The position numbers were made by a program, and so were the translations under genes. The notes below the pieces were generated by a model. It was not told the origin of the DNA, made no database searches, and saw only the letters and a list, made by a program, of their open reading frames with translations. From the NCBI GenBank assembly GCA_965207255.1, contig OZ242276.1:2081916-2145915 (forward strand): 64,000 nt of DNA, read 5' to 3'. How positions within the stretch are numbered: position 1 is the first letter of the stretch; every line of letters begins with the position of its first letter. Positions 38,717-47,659 of the stretch are shown here, in pieces. The stretch is from Bryobacterales bacterium. Its GTDB lineage: Bacteria > Acidobacteriota > Terriglobia > Bryobacterales > UBA6623.

Positions 38717-39428
38717 GTAATACCTCCGGAACGGGGTGTTGACGAGTCGAATAGCTCCCGATTCTTCTTGAACATGTCATGGATCTGTGCGGTCTGCTCG
38801 TCGTAGATGACCGGGTCCGGCAAGTGATTCACAAACGCGCTAAAGTACGCATCCGTATGGCCTCCGACGATGGTTACCTGGGGGAGTTCGAGCCCGATTA
38901 AGCGTTGTGCCCAATGGTTGCAATCATCGAGAACAAGCGAATCTTCATCGCGGCGCGCCTCCGGAAGATAGAGCACAAGTTGCAAGGTCGGGTTCTGAAG
39001 TGCACTCGCAAGGATTCTGTTCAAATGCTCGTCCGCGAACGAGTAGCCATTTGTGATGAGGCAGCTTTGTGGTCGAGCCAGGAACTCGGTAAACCTACGA
39101 AAGAGTTCGCCGAATACGAACCCGACAGTCTGCATATACTTCGCAGCGCTGGGGTAGACGAGGTTTCCGGCCAAGTCTTCAACTCCCCCGGTGATGAAGC
39201 TGCGAATGTGAGGCCAGAGGTACGCGGTTGAGAATTCCTCGACCGTTGCGTCCTTAGCGATACGCCATGTGAGAGAGCCATGGAGCTTAGCCAGGTAGAC
39301 GTTATACGAGCCGAAGCGCGCCTCCCCACGCGCAAGCACGTTTCGATAGCCAAGGTCAAAATTGTGAGGCGAGAAAACTCGACGATGAAGTCCAGCGAAG
39401 CCGCTTGTGACCTTGAGGCCTATCGTTT
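38713..39428 (-). pseudogene. SIR2-family (SIR2_2) defence gene, C-terminal fragment, split by an IS
   Basis: After the TSD the frame continues ...TIGLKVTSGFAGLHRRVF...LAKLHGSLTW...TNGYSFADEHLNRIL. It joins seamlessly to the N-terminal fragment at 40839-41423 to give a protein of about 430 aa. Confidence 0.8.
39421..39428. repeat. 8-bp target-site duplication TATCGTTT (left)
   Basis: It is identical to 40839-40846 and immediately flanks the IS inverted repeat. Confidence 0.85.
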
Positions 39429-39552
39429 GGGGCTTATATACAATCCTAACCAAAGCCACCAATTTTGCTTGTAGGAAAAACCTGCGCAATCCATCTCTAA
39501 ATCATTGATTGCGCTTGACTTGTGAAGCTGTAGTGGTTACCATAGTAGTGTT

Positions 39553-40548
39553 ATGAGAACACGCCGGAAACACGACCATCCGGGCCCGGGCAAGGCCCGC
39601 CGCAAGGGCATTTCCATCGTGCAGCTGATCAGGCTTTTCCCAGACGACCAGCACGCCGAGGATTGGATTGCCGCGCTGCGCTGGCCAAACGGCCCGAGCT
39701 GCCCGCACTGCGGCTCCACGAACGTGCAGTCTGGCGCCAAGCATCCGAACATGAGCTATCGCTGCCGGAAGTGCCGCAAGTTCTTCTCGGTGCGGACCGG
39801 CACGGTCATGCAGAACTCGAACCTCGGTGCCCAGAAGTGGGTCATCGCGGCCTACATGCTGACAACCAATCTGAAGGGCGACTCCAGCATGAAGTTGCAC
39901 CGCGATCTGGACATCACGCAGAAATCGGCCTGGCACCTGGCACATCGCATCCGCGAGACCTGGGACCGCAGCGAGGGGCGCTTCGAGGGGCCTGTCGAGG
40001 TCGACGAGACCTATCTGGGCGGCAAGCGCAAGAACATGCCAAAGCATGTTCGCGAGCAGCTGACGGGGCGCGGCCCGGTCGGCAAGGCGGCGGTTGTGGG
40101 CGCTCGCGACCGCGCCACGAAGCGCGTCGTGGCCAAGGCCGTGGAGGGCACCGACAAGCACACCCTGCAAGGCTTCGTCAAGAACTCTGCGGAGCGCCAC
40201 GCGACGGTCTATAGCGACGAGGCCAGTGCCTACGAGACACTGCCATTCGCGCATGAGGCCGTCCAGCACTCGGTCAGCGAGTATGTGCGCGGGCAGGCCC
40301 ACACCAATGGCGTGGAGTCGTTCTGGAGCATGCTTAAGCGCGGCTATGTGGGGACCTACCACAAGATGTCGCCGAAGCACCTGCAGCGCTACGTGAACGA
40401 ATTCTCGGGACGCCACAATGAGCGCCCGGCGGACACCTTGGAGCAGATGGAAGGCACCATGCTGCGGATGATCGGCAAGCGCCTGCGGTACCAGGATCTG
40501 AAGCGCGCCAACGGGCGGGATTCCGGGGCGCGGGAAATGGCGCTATGA
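39553..40548 (+). CDS. IS1595-family transposase (zinc-ribbon + ISXO2-like DDE domain)
   Basis: It has an N-terminal zinc ribbon CPHCGSTNVQSG...YRCRKCRKFF and a DDE region VEVDETYLGG...VYSDEASAY...HTNGVESFWSMLKRGYVGTYHKMSPKHLQRYVNEFSGRHN. Confidence 0.92.
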   Translation: MRTRRKHDHPGPGKARRKGISIVQLIRLFPDDQHAEDWIAALRWPNGPSCPHCGSTNVQSGAKHPNMSYRCRKCRKFFSVRTGTVMQNSNLGAQKWVIAAYMLTTNLKGDSSMKLHRDLDITQKSAWHLAHRIRETWDRSEGRFEGPVEVDETYLGGKRKNMPKHVREQLTGRGPVGKAAVVGARDRATKRVVAKAVEGTDKHTLQGFVKNSAERHATVYSDEASAYETLPFAHEAVQHSVSEYVRGQAHTNGVESFWSMLKRGYVGTYHKMSPKHLQRYVNEFSGRHNERPADTLEQMEGTMLRMIGKRLRYQDLKRANGRDSGAREMAL

Positions 40549-40594
40549 GTGCCCCGCGCCACACGCCAGCAGCAACGCTAGGGCGTGTTCTAGG

Positions 40595-40783
40595 ATGGAC
40601 ACGATGAGCAAGCCAACGGAGCAGCCCAAGCGACCGCGCGGGCGTCCGGTCAAATACCCTCTGCCCGAGCCAATTGCCGACACTCCCGAGAACATCATGC
40701 GTGCGTTGCTGGCAGCACCGCCCAAAGGCGAGAATAACTGGGACTACATCCAGCGCACAGGACGGAAATCCAAGCGCCGGTAG
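40595..40783 (+). CDS. small IS-internal ORF with an AT-hook-like motif (62 aa)
   Basis: It lies between the transposase stop and the right IR and contains PKRPRGRPVKYP. Coding status is uncertain. Confidence 0.3.
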   Translation: MDTMSKPTEQPKRPRGRPVKYPLPEPIADTPENIMRALLAAPPKGENNWDYIQRTGRKSKRR

Positions 40784-40838
40784 CCGCTTGCAATGAAATG
40801 AAAATTGGTTGCTTTGGTTAGGATTGTATATAAGCCCC

Positions 40839-40846
40839 TATCGTTT
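40839..40846. repeat. 8-bp target-site duplication TATCGTTT (right)
   Basis: It is identical to 39421-39428 and immediately flanks the right IR. Confidence 0.85.
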
Positions 40847-41423
40847 CCGCTGCCCATTCAACCGCGACATCGTAGTTCGTCGTGAATACCCACGGACCCG
40901 GTTGACCCGGTTGCCGCGCAGCCGTGAGCTTACGCAAGAGCTGGCGGTGGCTCGTCAACTGCTCACAACTCATGTCGACCATCGAGGGTAGCTCCCACCA
41001 TGACCGTTGGAGAAGGGAAGCGAGGATGACCGATCGCAGCACGTCAGCTCGCGTTCGAGTCAGTTGCTGGAGCTTCCGGGGTCGCTCTACTCGCTCCCAC
41101 TCAAGCCTCGTGATCTCCAGATCATCAATGAGCTTTTCGACATCGCCATCCGCATTCCCAGCCGCAAAGCCCTCATTTCGAAGCCAGTCGGCGCTCGATC
41201 CGAATTCTGACTGGAAATGACTCCAGACCTCGGCCATAGTCCGGCCCCCTAGTGGCCCTATTGACGCCCCAGCACCGAGAAGAACTCCCACGTTCTCGAG
41301 ACGGAGCACCGCTGCCAAGTGCGCCGCGAGTCCCTCTGGCGTGAGCCACTGACTTCCCCGCCGCGCACAAATCGACTCGTCGTTTGAGGAGGTCGGCTTG
41401 GATGGAGGGATCAACGGTGTCAT
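40839..41423 (-). pseudogene. SIR2-family (SIR2_2) defence gene, N-terminal fragment
   Basis: It reads MTPLIPP...VGVLLGAGASIGPLGG (Rossmann GAGxS) ...VFTTNYDVAVEWAAETI, then runs 7 codons into the IS and stops at 40818. Confidence 0.8.
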
Positions 41424-41584
41424 AAGATCGCAGTCGTTGGTAACGGATCTCTGCTATTTGCGAAGGCCCTCGTCAAATCGCACATGTCGGAGCGGATTCT
41501 CTGGGCAGGAGTGTCATAGCTTTGGGGGGCACCTACTTTCAACCCTGCCACGAACGCCGATACATGGACACGGTCTCGTCGATA

Positions 41585-42583
41585 TCAGATCAATTCCCGC
41601 AGATGCTCGGCGGCCTCCTCGCCTCGCACACCGACTACGCGCAAATCGGAATAAACTCGCGGCCAAGGTGCAACTCGTAGGTCATCTCTCACAAGAGCCA
41701 GCGACTTCGACGTGACGGTGGGAAACGGACGCAAAGTCAGCCGCCCGCCCTCAATTGGCCGCAAGTCGGCAATCGAAGCCACCCATTCAAGCCCAGCAAT
41801 CGTCATCCTATCGACGTAAACCTCGCCCGTTGCGACGCTCGTCAGATAAGGCGCCATCACTGACGCAGCTACTGCTCCGGTAGCAGCCCAAGGAATTCTC
41901 TCGATATCCCAGTGCCGACCGATCTCTCGCATCCCGACCACGAAGTCACGCCAAGTTACGCCGACGGTTAAAGCGATAGACGACCTCATCGCTGCCGCTG
42001 CGGTTGCGTAATTGTCCAAGAGCTGGTCCAGATCGGCGATGCGGCGAGCAGAGTTGCGCCCACGACGCGCAGTTGCACTCAACAGACGGAGATCGGTTAG
42101 AGTGCGCAGTGCATTCGTACAAGCTCCGGCGGAAAGCCCGGACATGTCCTGCATGGCACTGACCGTTGCCCCGCCACCGCAGAGCAAAGCTTCGGCGACG
42201 GCAAGGACTGCTGGTGTCCAATGGGGCGGTTTCTGTGTGGCTGGCGAGGGACGTCCACTCCTCGAGACAATCAGAGTGCCCAACACGATCTCCGCAGCAC
42301 CGGTTTCGTCAACCCAGCCCAGACCAGCGGACGAAAGGGCTTCCCGCGCACCTGGGGAAATTCGACGGGCCGCCACAACATCCGGTCGGGTCTTCTGGCT
42401 CGCGATCAGCTCCCGAGTCTGTCTCAGCCCTCCCTCTCCAAGCCATCTGACTTGGAGAGTCTGTCCGTTGAGTTCGAAATCCACCGTATGCTCTTCTGCT
42501 CGTCCGCGCAAGATTCGGACAGAACGCGGGAGCACCGCCGTAACTGCGGCCTCGGCTCGATGAGCAATACGCTTCACAGTCAC
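41585..42583 (-). CDS. AbiEi-like antitoxin / transcriptional regulator (candidate)
   Basis: This is a 332-aa protein. The middle reads like a wHTH (ATVSAMQDMSGLSAGACTNALRTLTDLRLLS). The C-terminal ...VYVDRMT...APWPRVYSDLRVVGVRGEEAAEHLRELI resembles the AbiEi C-terminal domain. It lies 160 bp upstream of the SIR2 start on the same strand. Confidence 0.4.
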   Translation of the reverse strand: MTVKRIAHRAEAAVTAVLPRSVRILRGRAEEHTVDFELNGQTLQVRWLGEGGLRQTRELIASQKTRPDVVAARRISPGAREALSSAGLGWVDETGAAEIVLGTLIVSRSGRPSPATQKPPHWTPAVLAVAEALLCGGGATVSAMQDMSGLSAGACTNALRTLTDLRLLSATARRGRNSARRIADLDQLLDNYATAAAAMRSSIALTVGVTWRDFVVGMREIGRHWDIERIPWAATGAVAASVMAPYLTSVATGEVYVDRMTIAGLEWVASIADLRPIEGGRLTLRPFPTVTSKSLALVRDDLRVAPWPRVYSDLRVVGVRGEEAAEHLRELI

Positions 42584-43027
42584 TCTTCCTTCGAGAGCTT
42601 ATTAACTCAGAGATTCATTATACCTCATGTTCTTTGTGTTATATATCTTGATGCGAGTGTTTTGCACCACCCAAGTTCAATAGGCGGATTCAACTCACGG
42701 TGACAGGGCCAACATTTCGAGCGCGCTCAGGGGCGATCAGTTTCTGAGACTCAGAACTACGGAGAAAGACGGCTACGGCGGCCCCTGAGGCCTATACTTC
42801 AAGGCAGAGTCGATTCTTCAAAGCCTACACTTCTCCTTGATGTTTTTCTCGACATCTCTATTAGAAATGGCACTTCCCACTGTTACGGAGATTCTCAACT
42901 GGTCCAATTCTACGTCAGAGGGGCATTCGTCAATTGGGCCCAATGGCTACGTCGCGAACAAGAGCCCGCGTCCCGACTCGCGTTCTGAGCTGTCAAGCGT
43001 CTAGACTGTCAGCTTAAACAGTGGACC

Positions 43028-44584
43028 ATGAACACATTCTGGAATTCTGGCGACCGCGAAAAGATAGGAGGTCTCGACATCCTCGGCTTAAGACAGCTCG
43101 ATCAAGGGCTCGAAAGTCAATGGGTATCCGGAATAACGACAATCTCGTTTCGCGCGCGGTACTTGACACTCTTGCCCTGGGCCCTGGTGGAATTCTTCGA
43201 GCATGAGCTCAGGCAAGGAGACGGAACGGGCGTCTTTGACGATAGCCGGCTAAGTGAAGTTCTTGCACGTCTCAAGTTCGTTATTCTGGCCGCAACTGCA
43301 ACGGGTAGAGAGCGGGGCGAGTCCGGCGACACCTTCGGCGTCTTGGGCTCTCAACTCTGGTCCGAGCAATTGGACGAGTTTACGAGGAGTGGAAAACTCC
43401 AATTGCCATCCAGTCGTGGCAATGACGTTTACGGCACCTACGTGATGCCATGCAGAGGATTCGGCCTGCTGGCTGGCTCGCAGCGCAGTAGCGATGGAGT
43501 GCCCGTGGTCATTACTCCAAGGGGACGAGATCTACACAAGACTCGGACACCGTTAGAGGGGTGTGAGACGATCCGGTCTCTGGTGCACAACGGAGGGACG
43601 CTATCAGTTGACCACTTGAGAGACGCCGGACGCCACTTCTCCGTGAATGGCCTCCGAGACGGGAACAAGGAACGAGAGCGGCTCATTCAATGGATGTTTG
43701 AGCCCTACGAACGCCGTACGGATGTAACCAGGGTGTACAGTCAGTTCCATGACACAACTAGGTGGGCTGCGGGATTCGTAAGAGACAACGAAATGTCTCC
43801 AGAAGATCTGATTGCGGCGAACTTTCACCGTGTAGCCGGATCTGATCCTGAATCGGTACTGCCTGTCGAGCTGGCGTGGATGGAATACGACCTCCGCAGA
43901 AGGGTCCACTTCGCCTGTGAGCTGCTGCTCGCCGATGTGGCTGGGACCCTCGAGGACCTCGCGTCGGGAACGGTTGATGATGTCGTAAACCGCTGGACGT
44001 CTGTTGAGGGAATCTCACCCGCCGTTCGTAGAGCACTAGGCGTCGAACACCCAATGATGGCCAATACTCTGGCCGACTTGGTGGGCCGGATGCCCGAATC
44101 AGCATTCGGTGCTGGAAGCCTCAACATACGGGAGGGCCGAAATCAAGAGGTGGGAGGCAACCGTGCCCTGTACGGCCTTGGGCTGCTAATCGCCTGCTGG
44201 CGTTGTTCAGCACAGCTTCGCGACGCTGGACTACTGAAGAATCGTAAACATTACATGGAGAAGGCCTTTGATCTGATCGGCAGGAATCGCTCAAGACCCC
44301 TTTCTCACGCAATGCGCGAACTTGCCCTTTACTTGGCCGTCGAACCTCACCTCGTAGCGACGCTAAGGAAGATGGGCCAAGGGCAGAAGTGCTCATTGCG
44401 GTTCTTTCCCGAAGGTTCTGTCCTTCAACCAACTGGAACTGGCGTGACTCCTGGCTTCAGTGGCAGCCGGCTAGGCAACGTGCTCGGCGTGCTGGCAGAC
44501 GTAGGCTTGTTTGAACGATTACCCGGGAGGCGATTCAAATTGACCGAGGCTGGCCACGACAAGTTGTTGAGGAATCTCGCCTAA
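43028..44584 (+). CDS. hypothetical protein (518 aa), no family recognised, possible C-terminal wHTH
   Basis: It is a long ORF in a lower-GC region with no P-loop and no nuclease motif seen. The N-terminus is GGLDILGLRQLDQGLESQWVSGITTISFRARYLTLLPW and the C-terminus is GNVLGVLADVGLFERLPGRRFKLTEAGHDKLL. Its stop overlaps the start of the next gene (TAATG). Confidence 0.6.
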   Translation: MNTFWNSGDREKIGGLDILGLRQLDQGLESQWVSGITTISFRARYLTLLPWALVEFFEHELRQGDGTGVFDDSRLSEVLARLKFVILAATATGRERGESGDTFGVLGSQLWSEQLDEFTRSGKLQLPSSRGNDVYGTYVMPCRGFGLLAGSQRSSDGVPVVITPRGRDLHKTRTPLEGCETIRSLVHNGGTLSVDHLRDAGRHFSVNGLRDGNKERERLIQWMFEPYERRTDVTRVYSQFHDTTRWAAGFVRDNEMSPEDLIAANFHRVAGSDPESVLPVELAWMEYDLRRRVHFACELLLADVAGTLEDLASGTVDDVVNRWTSVEGISPAVRRALGVEHPMMANTLADLVGRMPESAFGAGSLNIREGRNQEVGGNRALYGLGLLIACWRCSAQLRDAGLLKNRKHYMEKAFDLIGRNRSRPLSHAMRELALYLAVEPHLVATLRKMGQGQKCSLRFFPEGSVLQPTGTGVTPGFSGSRLGNVLGVLADVGLFERLPGRRFKLTEAGHDKLLRNLA

Positions 44585-47310
44585 TGCGCCATGACATTCT
44601 GAAGACGGTTAAGGATGCTCGCGACGTTACCAACGCTGTCATCCTCACGCACAACATAGATTTCGTCTTTGTCCAGTCTATCGTCGTCCCCGCCCTCGCG
44701 AAGTGCGGTTCGCCGAAGCTCACCATCTTTGCCGATGCGGAATGCGCAGCTCAAACCTACCAGTATCAGTCTCAGGTGCTGAGTAGCCTTGGCAAGCGTT
44801 ACCGCGTCGTGCCAGTCCAGATGCAAACGGGGTTCAGGTTCCATCCCAAGGCCCTAATGCTCTCCGGCCCAAACGCCGCCACGCTCCTTGTAGGAAGTGG
44901 CAACCTCACGTTCGGCGGATGGCGAGAAAACGGAGAAGTGTGGTGCAAGTTTGGTTCACAGGCGGAGGACATCGACATCTTCGGGGACTTCTACTCGTAT
45001 CTGCACCAAATACTTGACCTCTGCGCAAAACCACGTGACGCCATCGTCGCTGAAGTAGAGGAAGCATTCGATTCCAATACGAGGTCCTGGGCGACGAACC
45101 TACCTAGCACCGGGCGGCTACTTGGGCGCGCCGGCCAGGGTCCGTCATTGCTCCGGCAAATGAAGGCATCCATTGGCACGGATGAGGTCGAGCACCTCTA
45201 CATCTGTGCGCCGTACTTTGATGAAGATGCAGAGGCTGTGCATACGATCTCAGAAGAATTGAACGCGGATTCTACGACACTGCTACTTCAAAGCAAGTAC
45301 ACGAACCTCCCTTCCGAGGCCGCAGCGGGTCTTGGACCACGGTTCAGGATCAGGGCGGCTACCTACAAGTACAAGCAATCTACTGACTCTGACGATCAGC
45401 CCCGGCCCCGCAATGCACCCCTGCATGCCAAGTTCTACGGGATTCAACATAGCGGGCGCGTGACGGTTTTTCTCGGCAGCGCGAACTGCTCCCGATCTGC
45501 TCTAACGATCCCCGGTCGCTTCGGTAATTCCGAGTTGATGGCTCGTATCACCATGACAGCTGACGAGTTCCAAAGCGAGCTCTTGGACGAAATCGCGATC
45601 CAAGACGAAGGGCCGGAACTTCCAAGCGAGGTTCCTAATCTACCTTCCGCCAACGATGAGACCGCGTTCATCCGGATCCTTGCTGCTCGGATGGAGCTAG
45701 GCAACATACGCGTTACGTTTCAGGCCAGCACGGGAACGGCAATACTTCGCGCCCTTCTCGACGGGGTAGCCATCGATCCGGTTGAAGTCGGCCAGAGTTG
45801 GGCCCAGTTCAAGACCAACCAACATCCGAGCATCTTGATGCTGGTTGGAAGGCACGACGACACTGAGGTGCGTTCCCTACCACACTGGATCGATGACGAA
45901 CCTGCCTTGCGAGATTCGGCCCGAGCCCGATCGCTCGTAGGCTCAATTCAAGATAAGGTGCGTCCAAGCGTTTGGGGGGTTGGCGCTTGGACGGACGTAT
46001 TGTCAGAACTCTATAGGCACCTGCAGTACATACCCTCCGTAACCACTAGTCGTAGCCCTCACATCCCAGAAGGACGCGAAGCTCAAGCGGGACCGGTGGA
46101 GTTCGAGTGGAGCGACGTATTTTCTGATGGTTACGGCCTACCAACAAGATCTAGAGCGGCCACGAGACTATGGGAGCACATAGAGGACCGGGTTGACAGC
46201 CTTCGGGCGATGCTGCTCCGTTACTTTGGATTCAAGCAGACAGAGCCTAGGGAGGACACTGAAAGAGGATCTGATGACATAGATCTACCAGACATAGTTC
46301 CGCCTGACGATGATGACGGCAGCCCTGTTGACACGGTCAAGCCCTTGCCCAAGGTCTTTCCTCGATCTGATCCGTCGACTGTGACCGAGAGGGAACGCAG
46401 GAGAGCTAGAAGTGTAGTGACTCAAGTGGTATCCAAACTTGCCGAGCCCGATTTCTTGAGCAAGCGTCCACTCGATGCTCTTACCGGGGATTTGAAAGTC
46501 CTTGCGATAATGCTTCGAGCCGGTCTTGCGGAGAAATGGTTTACAGATCAGGAGTATTTCAAGTCGGTATCGGGCGTATGGCTAGCATTATTCTTCAACG
46601 ATGCCGGTAGTCAAGACGCAGGGTGGCTGGAATGCCGATTTCGGACCGCACCCGACCAGAGAGCATTCGTTGACACAATTCGCTCGGCGGAACTCGCCGC
46701 GGCCCTCGGTTGCTTGGCTCTATCGACTCCGGAAAAGGCCACCGCTCTGGAGCACGTAAGGTTTGAACTAGCGTCCGCTCTCGGCGTCGCCCGGTTTCCG
46801 TGGCTTTGGCAGGACGGTGGCAACGAGCAGATCTCCCATGAGATCAGTGAACTCTTGAGGCACACCGTGCGAGGCAGTTGTCCCGACTGGACAAATGTCG
46901 AGCGGAGGTGGTTGACGCTTGTTCGAAGAGGCCGTGCCCTCCACCGTTTGGAGTCCGCGATCGCAAGGATCGGCATCGCCAAACTTCGAAGTCGTATCGG
47001 GCAGACGAATGTCGCGGCCGGCGAACTCCTGTGGCAGAATCCATATGGCTTCTGTGTCGCCAAAGAGGATCGCGACCGGGCCAGTATGCAGAGCGGCCCG
47101 GTACTTAAGCTCCAGCACGGTGACGAGGAGCAACGGTTTAAGGGGCGGTATTTGACACCGGTCTCGGGATTATTGGAGGAGGGTTTGCTAAGCGATGACG
47201 TGATGTCGGCAAGGGAGCGGTGGGAGCTGCTGCTGATGGTGGAGAAGCTGAAGATCAAGCCGAACTCAGATTGCGCGACCGCAAGATTAGGTGAGGCACC
47301 AGCACCATGA
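44584..47310 (+). CDS. PLD-superfamily (double HKD) nuclease/phosphodiesterase-like protein with a large uncharacterised C-terminal region (908 aa)
   Basis: Two HKD motifs are present: FHPKALMLSGPNAATLLVGSGNLT (His codon 44842) and LHAKFYGIQHSGRVTVFLGSANCS (His codon 45424). The remaining 570 aa or so have no recognisable motif. Confidence 0.8.
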   Translation: MRHDILKTVKDARDVTNAVILTHNIDFVFVQSIVVPALAKCGSPKLTIFADAECAAQTYQYQSQVLSSLGKRYRVVPVQMQTGFRFHPKALMLSGPNAATLLVGSGNLTFGGWRENGEVWCKFGSQAEDIDIFGDFYSYLHQILDLCAKPRDAIVAEVEEAFDSNTRSWATNLPSTGRLLGRAGQGPSLLRQMKASIGTDEVEHLYICAPYFDEDAEAVHTISEELNADSTTLLLQSKYTNLPSEAAAGLGPRFRIRAATYKYKQSTDSDDQPRPRNAPLHAKFYGIQHSGRVTVFLGSANCSRSALTIPGRFGNSELMARITMTADEFQSELLDEIAIQDEGPELPSEVPNLPSANDETAFIRILAARMELGNIRVTFQASTGTAILRALLDGVAIDPVEVGQSWAQFKTNQHPSILMLVGRHDDTEVRSLPHWIDDEPALRDSARARSLVGSIQDKVRPSVWGVGAWTDVLSELYRHLQYIPSVTTSRSPHIPEGREAQAGPVEFEWSDVFSDGYGLPTRSRAATRLWEHIEDRVDSLRAMLLRYFGFKQTEPREDTERGSDDIDLPDIVPPDDDDGSPVDTVKPLPKVFPRSDPSTVTERERRRARSVVTQVVSKLAEPDFLSKRPLDALTGDLKVLAIMLRAGLAEKWFTDQEYFKSVSGVWLALFFNDAGSQDAGWLECRFRTAPDQRAFVDTIRSAELAAALGCLALSTPEKATALEHVRFELASALGVARFPWLWQDGGNEQISHEISELLRHTVRGSCPDWTNVERRWLTLVRRGRALHRLESAIARIGIAKLRSRIGQTNVAAGELLWQNPYGFCVAKEDRDRASMQSGPVLKLQHGDEEQRFKGRYLTPVSGLLEEGLLSDDVMSARERWELLLMVEKLKIKPNSDCATARLGEAPAP

Positions 47311-47507
47311 ACATTCTTGGACGAAGATTGATGGTAACCCCCGATCTGGTTCTCCTTCGAGCGGTGCTTCCTTCAACAGGTGTGGAATTCTTCAGAGGTC
47401 TGCTCACATTGGCATACCTGCTATTGACCGGCTTGGTTTGCCTACCACTGTTGGCATGGTGGCCTTCTATTCCTATCGAAGTCTATCCTTGCCGGACCCG
47501 AGGAGAA

Positions 47508-47583
<76 letters not shown>

Positions 47584-47659
47584 AAGCCTAGATTCATCAT
47601 ACCAGCCCGCCTTGGCCGTGCGCTTCCAGATGGTGTGATACCTTTACGTTGGGCAGCGA

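Larger units (their letters stand above)
39429..40838 (+). mobile_element. IS1595-family insertion sequence (1410 bp), apparently intact
   Basis: It has 38-bp terminal inverted repeats (39429-39466 vs 40801-40838, 37/38 identical: GGGGCTTATATACAATCCTAACCAAAGC[C/A]ACCAATTTT). It is flanked by the 8-bp TSD TATCGTTT and contains a full-length transposase. Confidence 0.9.

Noticed and set aside
39502-40416. 304-aa ORF antisense to the IS1595 transposase
   Set aside because: The forward frame carries the zinc-ribbon and DDE signatures. The antisense ORF is compositional.
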